A stretch of 63,961 nucleotides of DNA, filler included, from Octopus bimaculoides (taxonomy: Eukaryota), in NCBI RefSeq assembly GCF_001194135.2. It is 6 parts of 5 records of this genome, joined end to end, with 100 filler letters (N's around TTAATTAATTAA, not from the genome) between each part and the next. Parts side by side here need not be neighbours in the genome. Positions count along the whole stretch, not along the records: positions 31,849 to 56,620 come from NC_069002.1; positions 56,721 to 60,347 come from NC_068991.1; positions 60,448 to 61,657 come from NW_026393578.1; positions 61,758 to 62,759 come from NC_069000.1; positions 62,860 to 63,961 come from NC_068999.1; 1 more part is not named here. The stretch is one strand, 5' to 3'. This document shows positions 53,200 through 63,961 of the stretch, piece after piece (the stretch's first letter is position 1; every line of letters begins with the position of its first letter). The notes beneath the pieces were generated by a model. That model was not told the DNA's origin. It made no database searches and saw only the letters and a list, made by a program, of their open reading frames with translations. A program made the translations under genes and the position numbers.

Positions 53200-54865
53200 T
53201 ATATATATAAGGTTTAGATTTGAAATCCTTTGAAATCCGTGTTGCTNNNNNNNNNNNNNNNNNNNNNNNNNNNNNNNNNNNNNNNNNNNNNNNNNNNNNN
53301 NNNNNNNNNNNNNNNNNNNNNNNNNNNNNNNNNNNNNNNNNNNNNNNNNNNNNNNNNNNNNNNNNNNNNNNNNNNNNNNNNNNNNNNNNNNNNNNNNNNN
53401 NNNNNNNNNNNNNNNNNNNNNNNNNNNNNNNNNNNNNNNNNNNNNNNNNNNNNNNNNNNNNNNNNNNNNNNNNNNNNNNNNNNNNNNNNNNNNNNNNNNN
53501 NNNNNNNNNNNNNNNNNNNNNNNNNNNNNNNNNNNNNNNNNNNNNNNNNNNNNNNNNNNNNNNNNNNNNNNNNNNNNNNNNNNNNNNNNNNNNNNNNNNN
53601 NNNNNNNNNNNNNNNNNNNNNNNNNNNNNNNNNNNNNNNNNNNNNNNNNNNNNNNNNNNNNNNNNNNNNNNNNNNNNNNNNNNNNNNNNNNNNNNNNNNN
53701 NNNNNNNNNNNNNNNNNNNNNNNNNNNNNNNNNNNNNNNNNNNNNNNNNNNNNNNNNNNNNNNNNNNNNNNNNNNNNNNNNNNNNNNNNNNNNNNNNNNN
53801 NNNNNNNNNNNCGAGGTGGGCATTATATTGTCTAGGTTTAAGTTATTCAAAGTGTTAGGGCCAAGGGTGCTGGATATGTTGTTGCGAGCGGTGTTAGCGT
53901 TTTCGTTGCGTAGGTCTATGGAAGGGTTGTATAGATTTAGATTGTAAGAACTAAGTTTACATTTGTTAGATGAGGTGATAATAGATTTTATATTTGGCGT
54001 AGCTGGATAGGATAATTTCAAAGCGGAACTATTAAAGAAAGAATATTTGTGGTTACGTGGGAAATTAGAATCTACTATTTTAAAGAATGCTTTAGAAAGG
54101 CCCTTGACGTTTAAAGCGAATGGAGGTGTATACCAGAGAACTGATCGTCCGCTGCTTTTATAAGGTAAATTTGGGAAGGTGTAATTTCTTGTGTATGTTA
54201 GAGCAAAGTTCCAGTGTTTAATGTTAGTATTCTTACATCGAGTGTTATGCCTGTGGGTGCTAGGCGGGCGAGATTGTCTAACTATAGTGGGAGGGTTTAG
54301 CTATCCAATATGTGGGCGCGCTCGGCCAGGATTAAGTTTAGAGATGTGTTCCTTAAGTTTAGTGTTGTTTATGAATCTAATCTTCTGGGAGAAACAGCCA
54401 GTAGCTTGAGGTTGGTTGTAGTAAGTGTCGTAATTATTGAAGATTTCTTCGGTTGCGGATATATCGGATGTTCTGATGGATATGCCTTTGATTATACTCT
54501 CGAGAGTAGATTTATGATGGCTAGATTCTGTGTCAATGTGGGAAGTAAAGTGAAGAGTTTAGCTCCAATGTAACACCCAGAAAGTTTGCTGTCATGCAAA
54601 GAATTTTTAAAAGAGATGGATAAGTTAAAGTTGTCAAAGAATTTATGTAAGAGTCTTCTAGTTTTTTCTAAAGCAGATTTTGTTAGGCCTATTGCAATTA
54701 ACAATGCATCATCTCTATATAAACCTCCTTTGATGTTGAGGAAGTGTGTGTAGCTGTTGAAGAAGGTACAGTCCAACTACATCCGTGACCTGAGCGGAGT
54801 CAGATGAGCCCAATATTATATCGAAGACGTTCTTTCTATCAGTACGGGCCACCGCTTTCTTAATC
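53200..54865 (-). mobile_element. Penelope-like element RT/thumb remnant
   Basis: FDIILGSSDSAQVTDVVGLYLL, GGLYRDDAL, NFLGVTLEL, SDISATEEIFN, VLWYTPPF..V, KLSYPATPNIKSII; left part lies in an N gap. Confidence 0.8.
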
Positions 54866-55008
54866 TATGTCCTTCACATTTTCCCTATTTGTCTCCGATG
54901 ACGGAGTATGCCATATTTTCGGATATCCCAGTAACAGGTGTAAGACGTAAAAAATGTTCCAACGTATATGACTTGGGCGTTTGTTGTCCTGTTTATCAAT
55001 TATATATA
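54866..55008 (+). mobile_element. Penelope-type terminal repeat with decayed hammerhead, inverted against the RT remnant
   Basis: GTCT-CCGATGA-C-GGAGTAT..ATATCC-CAGTAA-CAGGTG-TA-AGAC at 54891-54946; ends in (TA)n. Confidence 0.5.
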
Positions 55009-55779
55009 NNNNNNNNNNNNNNNNNNNNNNNNNNNNNNNNNNNNNNNNNNNNNNNNNNNNNNNNNNNNNNNNNNNNNNNNNNNNNNNNNNNNNNNNNNNN
55101 NNNNNNNNNNNNNNNNNNNNNNNNNNNNNNNNNNNNNNNNNNNNNNNNNNNNNNNNNNNNNNNNNNNNNNNNNNNNNNNNNNNNNNNNNNNNNNNNNNNN
55201 NNNNNNNNNNNNNNNNNNNNNNNNNNNNNNNNNNNNNNNNNNNNNNNNNNNNNNNNNNNNNNNNNNNNNNNNNNNNNNNNNNNNNNNNNNNNNNNNNNNN
55301 NNNNNNNNNNNNNNNNNNNNNNNNNNNNNNNNNNNNNNNNNNNNNNNNNNNNNNNNNNNNNNNNNNNNNNNNNNNNNNNNNNNNNNNNNNNNNNNNNNNN
55401 NNNNNNNNNNNNNNNNNNNNNNNNNNNNNNNNNNNNNNNNNNNNNNNNNNNNNNNNNNNNNNNNNNNNNNNNNNNNNNNNNNNNNNNNNNNNNNNNNNNN
55501 NNNNNNNNNNNNNNNNNNNNNNNNNNNNNNNNNNNNNNNNNNNNNNNNNNNNNNNNNNNNNNNNNNNNNNNNNNNNNNNNNNNNNNNNNNNNNNNNNNNN
55601 NNNNNNNNNNNNNNNNNNNNNNNNNNNNNNNNNNNNNNNNNNNNNNNNNNNNNNNNNNNNNNNNNNNNNNNNNNNNNNNNNNNNNNNNNNNNNNNNNNNN
55701 NNNNNNNNNNNNNNNNNNNNNNNNNNNNNNNNNNNNNNNNNNNNNNNNNNNNNNNNNNNNNNNNNNNNNNNNNNNNNNA

Positions 55780-56620
55780 GAGAGAGTTCACAAAAAAACA
55801 ACAGGTGGTGTAGAAAACAAACAGATGTATTAGTATAACGCTCGGGAATTGAAAAAGTCTTTAACGTTTCGAGCCTACACTCCTCCACAGAAAGAAACAA
55901 GGAGAGAAAAAATGTGTGTAGTGGTTAGCGATCTATCATGGCGAATGCCGGACAGAAGGGTCACACAGGAGAGTTAAGAAGAAGGGAAGATAACAAAGTA
56001 GTAGCGAACTCAAAACGAAGGTGCGCGTGTGTAAGAGAGTGTGGGTGATCTTGACGTGTGCGTGTGTATGTGTAAGTGTGAAAATGTGGGAATAGGAATT
56101 GGTCACTGCTGGTGTGTGCGTGGTGGTGTGTTGTGATGTGATGTATTGTGTGGTATGGGGTAGTGTGGTTTGGTGTGATGGTGTTGGGAGCTGGAGGAGG
56201 CGAGCGTGGGGAAAGCACAGGTGGGGTGTGGGTTAGGCTGAGGGTGGGGTAGAGTTGGGGTATGTGGGTAGGAAGAAGTTGGGGGTAGGTGTGGTATGTG
56301 GGTAGATAGAGGGTGGGGTGTGTGGGAGAGGGTGTAAGGGATGGGATGGGAAGGAATGGGAAGATAGGGTAGGAGTGTGTAGAGGTGCGGTGGGCTTATG
56401 AGGCAGGGTTGACGATGAAGGGGGAAGGGGAAGGTGGGTATGAGAGGAGAGAGAAAGAGTGTAAGAGAGAAGAAAGAAAGAGTGTAGGGGTGAAGAGAAG
56501 TAGGAGTGAAGAGAAGTAGGAGTGAAGAGAAGTAGGAGTGAAGAGAAGTAGGAGTGAAGAGAAGTAGGAGTGAAGAGAAGTAGGAGTGAAGAGAAGTAGG
56601 AGTGAAGAGAAGTAGGAGTG
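55780..56620 (-). mobile_element. Penelope-type 3' region with variant hammerhead (copy 2) and C-rich upstream tract
   Basis: Minus strand CTTT-CTGTGGA-G-GAGT(GTAG)GCTC-GAAA-CG-TT-AAAG at 55859-55894; shares GCCATGAT.GATCGCTA.CCACTA with the copy at 56790. Confidence 0.55.
56491..56620. repeat. 16-bp minisatellite, >=8 copies
   Basis: TGAAGAGAAGTAGGAG units running into a gap. Confidence 0.95.
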
Positions 56621-56720
56621 NNNNNNNNNNNNNNNNNNNNNNNNNNNNNNNNNNNNNNNNNNNNTTAATTAATTAANNNNNNNNNNNNNNNNNNNNNNNN
56701 NNNNNNNNNNNNNNNNNNNN

Positions 56721-56763
<43 letters not shown>

Positions 56764-56789
56764 ATGTATGTATGTATGTATGTATGTAT

Positions 56790-56995
56790 TGGCCATGATT
56801 GATCGCTAGCCACTAAACCTTTTTTTTTTTAAATTTTCTCTCTGTTTAATTCTGTGTTCCTTTCCGTTGAAGAGCGTAGGCTCGAAACGTAAAAACAAAT
56901 TCTCACTTCCCGAGCGTTAAACTAGTACATCTGTTTGCTGTTTACACACCCATCTTCGTCTTTTTTTTTTTGTAAATTCCAACTATATATATATG
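56790..56995 (+). mobile_element. Penelope-type terminal repeat with variant hammerhead (copy 3)
   Basis: TTT-CCGTTGA-A-GAGC(GTAG)GCTC-GAAA-CG-TA-AAA at 56861-56894; ends in (TA)n. Confidence 0.6.
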
Positions 56996-57199
56996 CATAT
57001 TGTGCAATTTCCGTATCACATCATTTTACCCTTCTCACAGCGTTTCATTTAGTACAATATTTCACATTTTATTTCTTCTTCGTCCATGAAAACTTAATCG
57101 GCCATAACTCAGAGTGAGAATTAGTGTCCATTTCAAGTTCTGTTTTCAAGAACGGACGTTTTTCTCGTCTGAGTTGCTCTTCAATATAAAAAGATAAAT

Positions 57200-57390
57200 T
57201 ACTCGGCAACCTGGTAGAATCATCCGGGCAAAGTGCTTTGCGGCATTTTGTCTGTTTTTATGTTATGTGTTCAATTTACCTTTCATGTTTTCAGGGTCGA
57301 TAAATTAAGCTCGAGTACGGCACTGGAGTCGATATAATCAATTTGTCCCCCATCCTAGATTGCTGGCCCTGTGCCAAAATTTGAAATCGG
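57200..57390 (+). mobile_element. SINE family A copy
   Basis: CAGGGTCGATAAATTAAG..GGAGTCGATATAATC..GGCCCTGTGCCAAAATTTGAAA. Confidence 0.75.
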
Positions 57391-58019
57391 TGTAAAACAA
57401 TAAATAAATGAATAAATGAACCATAAATAAATGAATAAATAAATAAAGCATAAAATATTTTACAGCCTAGTGTGGATGAGCATTACCGTTAGGTAGTGGC
57501 TGTGACACAGATAAAGAGTGGGTGTAAAATCTTAACTTATCAGTTGTGCCACATTTTGATTTTGGACAATTTACGAAAATGGCCATCACTTAAATGACAA
57601 TATAGGAAATAACCTCTATTAGATCAGCGTAATGGACGATTAATATGTCGCCTGAAATAATGTGTAATTATGCTGTTTAGTGCTGAGAATTGCTTTATAC
57701 TTACTGGAAAGAGAATTCGCCATAGAGATATATGTTTTTTTTTTTGTTAAAACACTATTGTATGAATAGAAAAAAAAAAAAGAAACAATAGATTGTACTT
57801 CAGTTTTCTTAGAAGAAAGAGAATATGTTTTAAGAGAACAACATAATTCTGTTAGTTATAATGAGGAATTGTGTACATCTATGCTGTGTTTGATTACTAT
57901 TAACGTTTTATGATTAGTGTGAAAAAGATTATTATTAGACTATTATAGTTTCCTGAGTAAACACAATATCGACAGATTTGTGTTATAAATATTCGATATA
58001 TAAAAGGACAGTAGATTGT

Positions 58020-58420
58020 CGATATTGTTAGAGCGTCGGACAAAATGTTTCGCGGCATTTAGTTAAGGCACTTTATAATCTTAGTTCAAATACCACCAGG
58101 ATCAACATTGCCTTTCATCTTTCCAGAGTCGATAAAATAAAGTAACCATCAAGAACAGGAGGTCGATTATAAACGACTATTCTATTTCTCAAAATTGAAG
58201 GCCTTTTGATTTTGAAGAAATCAATATTCGATAAATGTAACGTTGTTTGATCTGCAGTATCGCTGACGCGTTAGACAAAATATCAAGCGGTATTTACTTA
58301 CGAATCTTTACGTTCTGATTTCTAATCCAACTGAAAACAATTTGCTTTTCATCTTCCAGGATAGTTTTTAAAAAGTACCAATCAAATATTGGGGTATTAA
58401 TATAATCGTAAGTTCCCTTT
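58020..58420 (+). mobile_element. Two degraded SINE family A copies
   Basis: TTGCCTTTCATCTTTCCAGAGTCGATAAAATAAAGTA at ~58105 and TTTGCTTTTCATC..AAGTACC at ~58340. Confidence 0.65.
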
Positions 58421-58943
58421 CCCAAAATTTGGAGCTTTATCCTCCTGATAGAAATCAACATTCCATATACCCGAACATATGACTGTGGGGTTAAGACTTT
58501 CACTTTGCAAATACATCGGTTTTGGTTTCAGACCTACCGCGTGGTAGCTTGGCAAGTGACTTCTACTAGAGTCTCAGGCTTCCCAGAGCTTTCTGAGTGA
58601 ATTAAGTTACGTACCCACAACTTAACAGTCCGATAAAAAGAACTATCTGAATATGAATCAGATTTTTAAATAATAAGGTCCGGGTTCGATTTATTCGACT
58701 AAACGCTTAAAGGCCCGGAGTCCAATTATTGAAACAAATAAGAAAATAAAAGAATATTCGTCTGCAAACTCTTTGAGGATTTGACAATGTGTACAGAGAT
58801 TCACTGCAATTCCATTCTCTTGTTTCTCATTCATTCCGCCAGCGATATATATATATATTTGACAAGCTCAATGGCTAATCGCTACACCAGAGCCTGTTCT
58901 GGCGTTGTTTTTCTATATATCTCTGGCGGGGAGATGAGCTGCT

Positions 58944-59031
58944 GCTATCTCTAGCAGTCGAGCGTCCATCACTGACGAGTTCAAGGAAGGTCGAAATCAC
59001 GTGATCTGGTGGTCCCAGCGCTGGAGATAGC
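58944..59031 (+). ncRNA. Type I hammerhead ribozyme motif with intact catalytic core
   Basis: Helix I CCATCA/TGGTGG, core CTGACGA (58972-58978), helix II GTTC/GGTC with loop AAGGAA, GAAA (58993-58996), palindromic helix III ATCACGTGAT, AUC cleavage triplet, distal 12-bp helix I extension. Confidence 0.7.
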
Positions 59032-59259
59032 CGGTATAAACAAAAGTGTATTTTGCATCAAACGCCAATATGATAGTTTTTCTCGTGATATCTACTGCAG
59101 TATAGCTTGTACCAACAGAATACTCACGTTTCAGTGAGGATAAATATTAATTGTAATGTAGTCGACTTCAGCTAACAGGATTTGGTGACTTGTGAAAAGT
59201 CATGAAACTGTTTGAGATAGAACGCTAACCAAAACATTGGTTTTAAATATTTGGCATAG

Positions 59260-59434
59260 AGCCATCAGTTTTTGAAGGCAGTCGTAAGACGATTACGTAG
59301 ACCCAAATATTTGACTGGTACGTATTTTATCGACCCAGGCAGGATGAAAGGCAAAGTTGACGTTTGTAGAATTTGAACTCAGAACGTAGCAACAAACAAA
59401 ATGCCGCAAAGCATTTTGTCCGGCATGCTAACGT
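59260..59434 (-). mobile_element. SINE family A copy lacking its first ~16 nt
   Basis: ATCGACCCAGGCAGGATGAAAGGCAAAGTTGAC..GAATTTGAACTCAGAACGTAGC. Confidence 0.8.
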
Positions 59435-59651
59435 TTCTTATTTCTTTATTGCCCACAAGGGGCTAAACACAGAGGGGACAAACAAGGATTACATCGACCC
59501 CAGTGCGTAACTAGTACTTAATTTATCGACCCCGAAAGGATGAAAGGCAAAGTCGACCTCGGCGGAATTTGACCCAAGAACGTAGCGGCAGACGTAATAG
59601 CGCTAAGCATTTCGCCCGTCGTGCTAACGTTTCTGCCAGCTCTCCGCCTTT
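59435..59651 (-). mobile_element. Young SINE family A copy (distinct tail subfamily)
   Basis: Intact head AAGGCGGAGAGCTGGCAGAAACGTTAGC and tail TTTAGCCCCTTGTGGGCAATAAAGAAATA on the minus strand; the same tail occurs at 63503-63548. Confidence 0.85.
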
Positions 59652-60305
59652 ACTCGACCAAAATGTTATGAGCGATATTAACTTAGCCACAAAGATTGCG
59701 CTTTATAAGTATTTAATCTAAACAGATATATAGGGAGAACAGGAATATAATTACAGTGACTATTAAAGAATGATAAATTATACATTATATAGCTGAAGCT
59801 TTGAATTGGTTTCTCTGTATGAAAATTGTAATGAAAACATCCTGTATCTCTTAGTTGAATCCTGGTATTCATCTAAATATAATGTCAAAGATCAGTCAAA
59901 CAAAGAATGGATATTTCTATCCAGCTTATTGACTATGTTTGAACATCTCTGACATGTGGAGTAGATGGCATAAAGTCATTCAAGGAAAGACACACTGTAC
60001 CATTTCACACTGCACTAAGTAGTCCCGTTTGAATACGTAAGAATATCTGTTTATACTGGAAGCATCAACCAACGACAAGTAACTCCAAGGCACGAGAATA
60101 ATGGCATATCTTGATTCTTATTACAGCTCAACAAGAATACATTTTTCTTGAGATTTGTATTTCGTGTTAATTTCAATTTGTCACTGTTAGCGACTTTGTC
60201 GTGAAGAAGATAAAAGAGGCCGATTCGGTTAAAAGTAGAAATCGTTGGCAATGAACAGCTTCTACCGGTACAGAACGAAAGTTGGTAGACACAAGAAGAT
60301 GACAC

Positions 60306-60347
<42 letters not shown>

Positions 60348-60790
60348 NNNNNNNNNNNNNNNNNNNNNNNNNNNNNNNNNNNNNNNNNNNNTTAATTAAT
60401 TAANNNNNNNNNNNNNNNNNNNNNNNNNNNNNNNNNNNNNNNNNNNNAGCAACAACAACAACTACTACTTCTACTACGATGGTAGCAACGTAGGCGAATA
60501 CACAAACACAGAGAGATACAGGAACTGTACCAAATTTCGGGTCCTAGGATTGCAGCAGCGACATAGTGCTACTAAGAACAATGACACACACATACACATA
60601 CACACACACACAGACACAAACACGGACGCAAATGCATGTGCATATAAGGAGACACATCATAGAAAAACAGAATGAAATAAGTGGAGCAAGAGGACACACG
60701 AAGACGGAAAGTGTCACTGAAGAGGTCACAGAGCATTACATTGATACACTCCTTAGCGCACTACATTGGCATCATATAATAAATTATTCT

Positions 60791-61205
60791 GGTACTCATC
60801 ATAGAATATTACAGTGGTACTCTCCAGAGTACATAATATAGATACTCCTCAGAGTATAATGCATTGTTACTCTTCATAAACATTATATAACACATTATAG
60901 TACATTACATTCGTACTCTCCATTGGACATTATATATATACACCTCGGAGTACATTATATCAATACTCTCTAGAGTACATAGATAAGTATTTCCCATTCT
61001 ATATTACATCAGTACTCCCTTTAATACATTACATGAGTATTCCTCCTAGACATTATTTAGGTACTCACTACAAAGGTACATTATAAGGGTATCACCATAG
61101 TATATTACAGGAGTATTCCTTACAGATTATAGTACTTTACATCGGTACTCTGCATTGTATATTATGTACGTACTCCTTAGAGTATGTTACATTGGTGTTC
61201 TTCGT
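60791..61205. repeat. Degenerate ~25-bp minisatellite, ~15-17 units
   Basis: Consensus approximately GTACTCCTCAGAGTACATTACATCG. Confidence 0.8.
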
Positions 61206-61344
61206 AGTGCAAAGATGAAAGACATCGCTGCCGCCTTTCATGTTTCGAAACCCAGGAAATGTCTTTGAAGAACTTGAAATTATGGAGTATTCTATAGTGT
61301 TATATTTTTAATGAACAAGCTGTTATATTAATGATTTCAGCTTC

Positions 61345-61608
61345 ATTAGTGTAAGTCATTATCATTATTATCATCAACATCAACATCGTCATCATTAACC
61401 GCAATGGGCGTTGTCGTCGTCATNNNNNNNNNNNNNNNNNNNNNNNNNNNNNNNNNNNNNNNNNNNNNNNNNNNNNNNNNNNNNNNNNNNNNNNNNNNNN
61501 NNNNNNNNNNNNNNNNNNNNNNNNNNNNNATTGTCACCATCATCATCATCATCATCATCATCACCAATATCATCATCATTATCATCATCGTCATCGTTAT
61601 CATCATTG

Positions 61609-61640
<32 letters not shown>

Positions 61641-61657
61641 GTCATTATCATCATCAT
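61345..61657. repeat. (ATC)n microsatellite with gap
   Basis: Direct reading. Confidence 0.95.
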
Positions 61658-61759
61658 NNNNNNNNNNNNNNNNNNNNNNNNNNNNNNNNNNNNNNNNNNN
61701 NTTAATTAATTAANNNNNNNNNNNNNNNNNNNNNNNNNNNNNNNNNNNNNNNNNNNNCA

Positions 61760-61908
61760 CTACTCAACCGGTGCTTATTTTATAGACACCGAGAGGATCA
61801 AAAGGTAAAGTCGACCACGGCGGAATTTGAACTCAGAACGTAAAGACATATAAAATGCGGTTAAGCGTTTTGCTCGGCGTGTTAACGATTCTGCCAGCTC
61901 ACCACCTT
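61760..61908 (-). mobile_element. SINE family A 5' part
   Basis: AAAGTCGACCACGGCGGAATTTGAACTCAGAACG..CTGCCAGCTCACCACCTT. Confidence 0.8.
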
Positions 61909-62728
61909 AAAAGAGGCTAATATTAAAGGCAAGCTAATATCTAAACTGAAATTACTGCTCTATACGTTGACTTATGCACTGATGTCTATCATGTTATGAC
62001 GTCTGTCGTTATTGCTGACGTCATCAGCATTTTCTAAATGAAATATTTTTCGTTTTGTCTTCATTTTTTTGTCTTCCTTTGGATTAAAGAATATCAAAAA
62101 ATCTAAACCGGAAACTTTAAATATTAGAAATACCAATTGAGAGATTTCGGAGGGATATTTATGTTTATTCTGCTCTGGAATTTCTTTATCCGGCAACAAA
62201 ACACTCCAACTGTTGGCAATCAAATGAAATATCCACCGTACGTCGTTGAGCTGTTTTCGCCAAATGAAGAATTGAAATTATAAAGAAGATAAAAAAAAAA
62301 AAATTGTAAAATTTTGCTAAATAATTATGACCGGGGATTTCTTTGATTATATTTTAGACAGTAATTTTATTAGAAAACTCATTAAGTTCAAAGTGTGGTC
62401 GTCTCTTAGGAAATATGTGAAAAGATTTGTCTTTATGATATTCGTAATGATATTTCTCTCGCCCCAGTTATCATTGAGGTTAAAGCCGAGACGCCGAGCC
62501 ATACGTGCATTGGTATCATTGATAATTACCTTTATGATAATTATGATCGGGATCTTCATAAACTTCTGCTATTGTTCCAGCAGTATATGGTGGTATGATT
62601 TATACATGGCGAATAATATATTGTATTTGTATAGCAAGCAAAGCTATTTATGCTATACTCTGTGGGAAATGCGTCTGTGATAATTGACAATTAACAACGA
62701 ATAGTAATCACCGTTTTCATTTGTTTTG

Positions 62729-62759
<31 letters not shown>

Positions 62760-62873
62760 NNNNNNNNNNNNNNNNNNNNNNNNNNNNNNNNNNNNNNNNN
62801 NNNTTAATTAATTAANNNNNNNNNNNNNNNNNNNNNNNNNNNNNNNNNNNNNNNNNNNNAGCTAGCTAGCTAC

Positions 62874-62917
<44 letters not shown>

Positions 62918-63018
62918 CTCCCAAGTAGGTAAATAGATAGATAAGTAGATTGATAGACAGCTAGACAGCTAGAAAAACAGTCAGTTAGACACATAGACAG
63001 ACAGACAGACAGACAGAC

Positions 63019-63071
<53 letters not shown>

Positions 63072-63089
63072 TAAACGATATAAACATCA

Positions 63090-63480
63090 TTGATGATACA
63101 GTGTATGTTTTTGTCCCGTTACCCATTAGCTGCGGGATGCCTGTCCTGGGAAATGTCACTTCGATTTTGTTATTCTCTTCCAGACAGATCTGGACACCGC
63201 ATCATGCCACATGGGAAGATAATACCTAAAAGTCATTCTCTTGCAGCTGGCAAGAACGCGGTTCCTGTCTGCAGACTTAGTCTTGCAGAGTTTGTCATCT
63301 ATCAACATTTTCTGCCTCTTATGCTACAGACACCTAGTGGGGATCCCTTGTTTTTGGAACTGCATGGAGGTAGCCTTCAAAGTAATGGCGTCATAAACAT
63401 GTCGGCTCGTCATGCCAACATTTTGACATGGTTAGTCTCCTTTATGGCTTGAATTTTTTGCGCTAAGCACTCATGCACAT
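63090..63480 (-). mobile_element. Possible degraded RTE-like LINE 3' end
   Basis: Broken W.AGHV and RGR..W.DD-like motifs on the minus strand. Confidence 0.3.
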
Positions 63481-63559
63481 TCTTTTCAGTGAACTGACGC
63501 ATTTCTTATTTCTTTATTGCCCACAAGGGGCTAAACATAGAGGGGACANNNNNNNNNNT

Positions 63560-63961
<402 letters not shown>

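Noticed and set aside
60791-61205. CRISPR array
   Set aside because: Period is only ~25 bp, the variable parts are related to each other, there are no cas genes and the context is eukaryotic
16827-62592. Multi-exon models chaining 16827-16860, 20129-20224, 32484-32547, 48929-48991, 57040-57112 and 62410-62592 to the 7926 exon
   Set aside because: Phase-compatible chains can be built in several ways, none gives a recognisable protein, and such splice motifs are expected by chance in 50 kb
62327-62680. Hydrophobic 117-aa ORF as a membrane protein
   Set aside because: Composition is explained by AT-rich ATT/ATA codons; overlapping frames are similarly open; no family motif

Overview
AT-rich, gappy, repeat-dense metazoan genomic DNA with no long intact CDS. 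The SINE families resemble ones I recall from Octopus, but that assignment is inference. Nearly all ORFs in the track are microsatellite or N-gap artefacts. Supported content: many tRNA-derived SINE copies; four 5'-truncated R4/Dong-type (restriction-like endonuclease) LINE remnants and an RTE LINE 3' end, all on the minus strand; a Penelope-like RT remnant; a deleted mariner with both TIRs; a DD37D-like Tc1/mariner remnant; a mariner MITE split by a SINE; an internally deleted Helitron with both termini; and many micro- and minisatellites. Splice signals suggest the 5' end of a plus-strand host gene (4908-4984, 7926-8004), which would make most of the window intronic. The main result of the hunt is a type I hammerhead ribozyme motif at 58944-59031 with an intact catalytic core, palindromic helix III and extended helix I. 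Two other hammerhead-bearing Penelope-type terminal repeat families are also present, one with a shared non-canonical core (A6 to U). All structures were folded by eye; none is experimentally or computationally validated.
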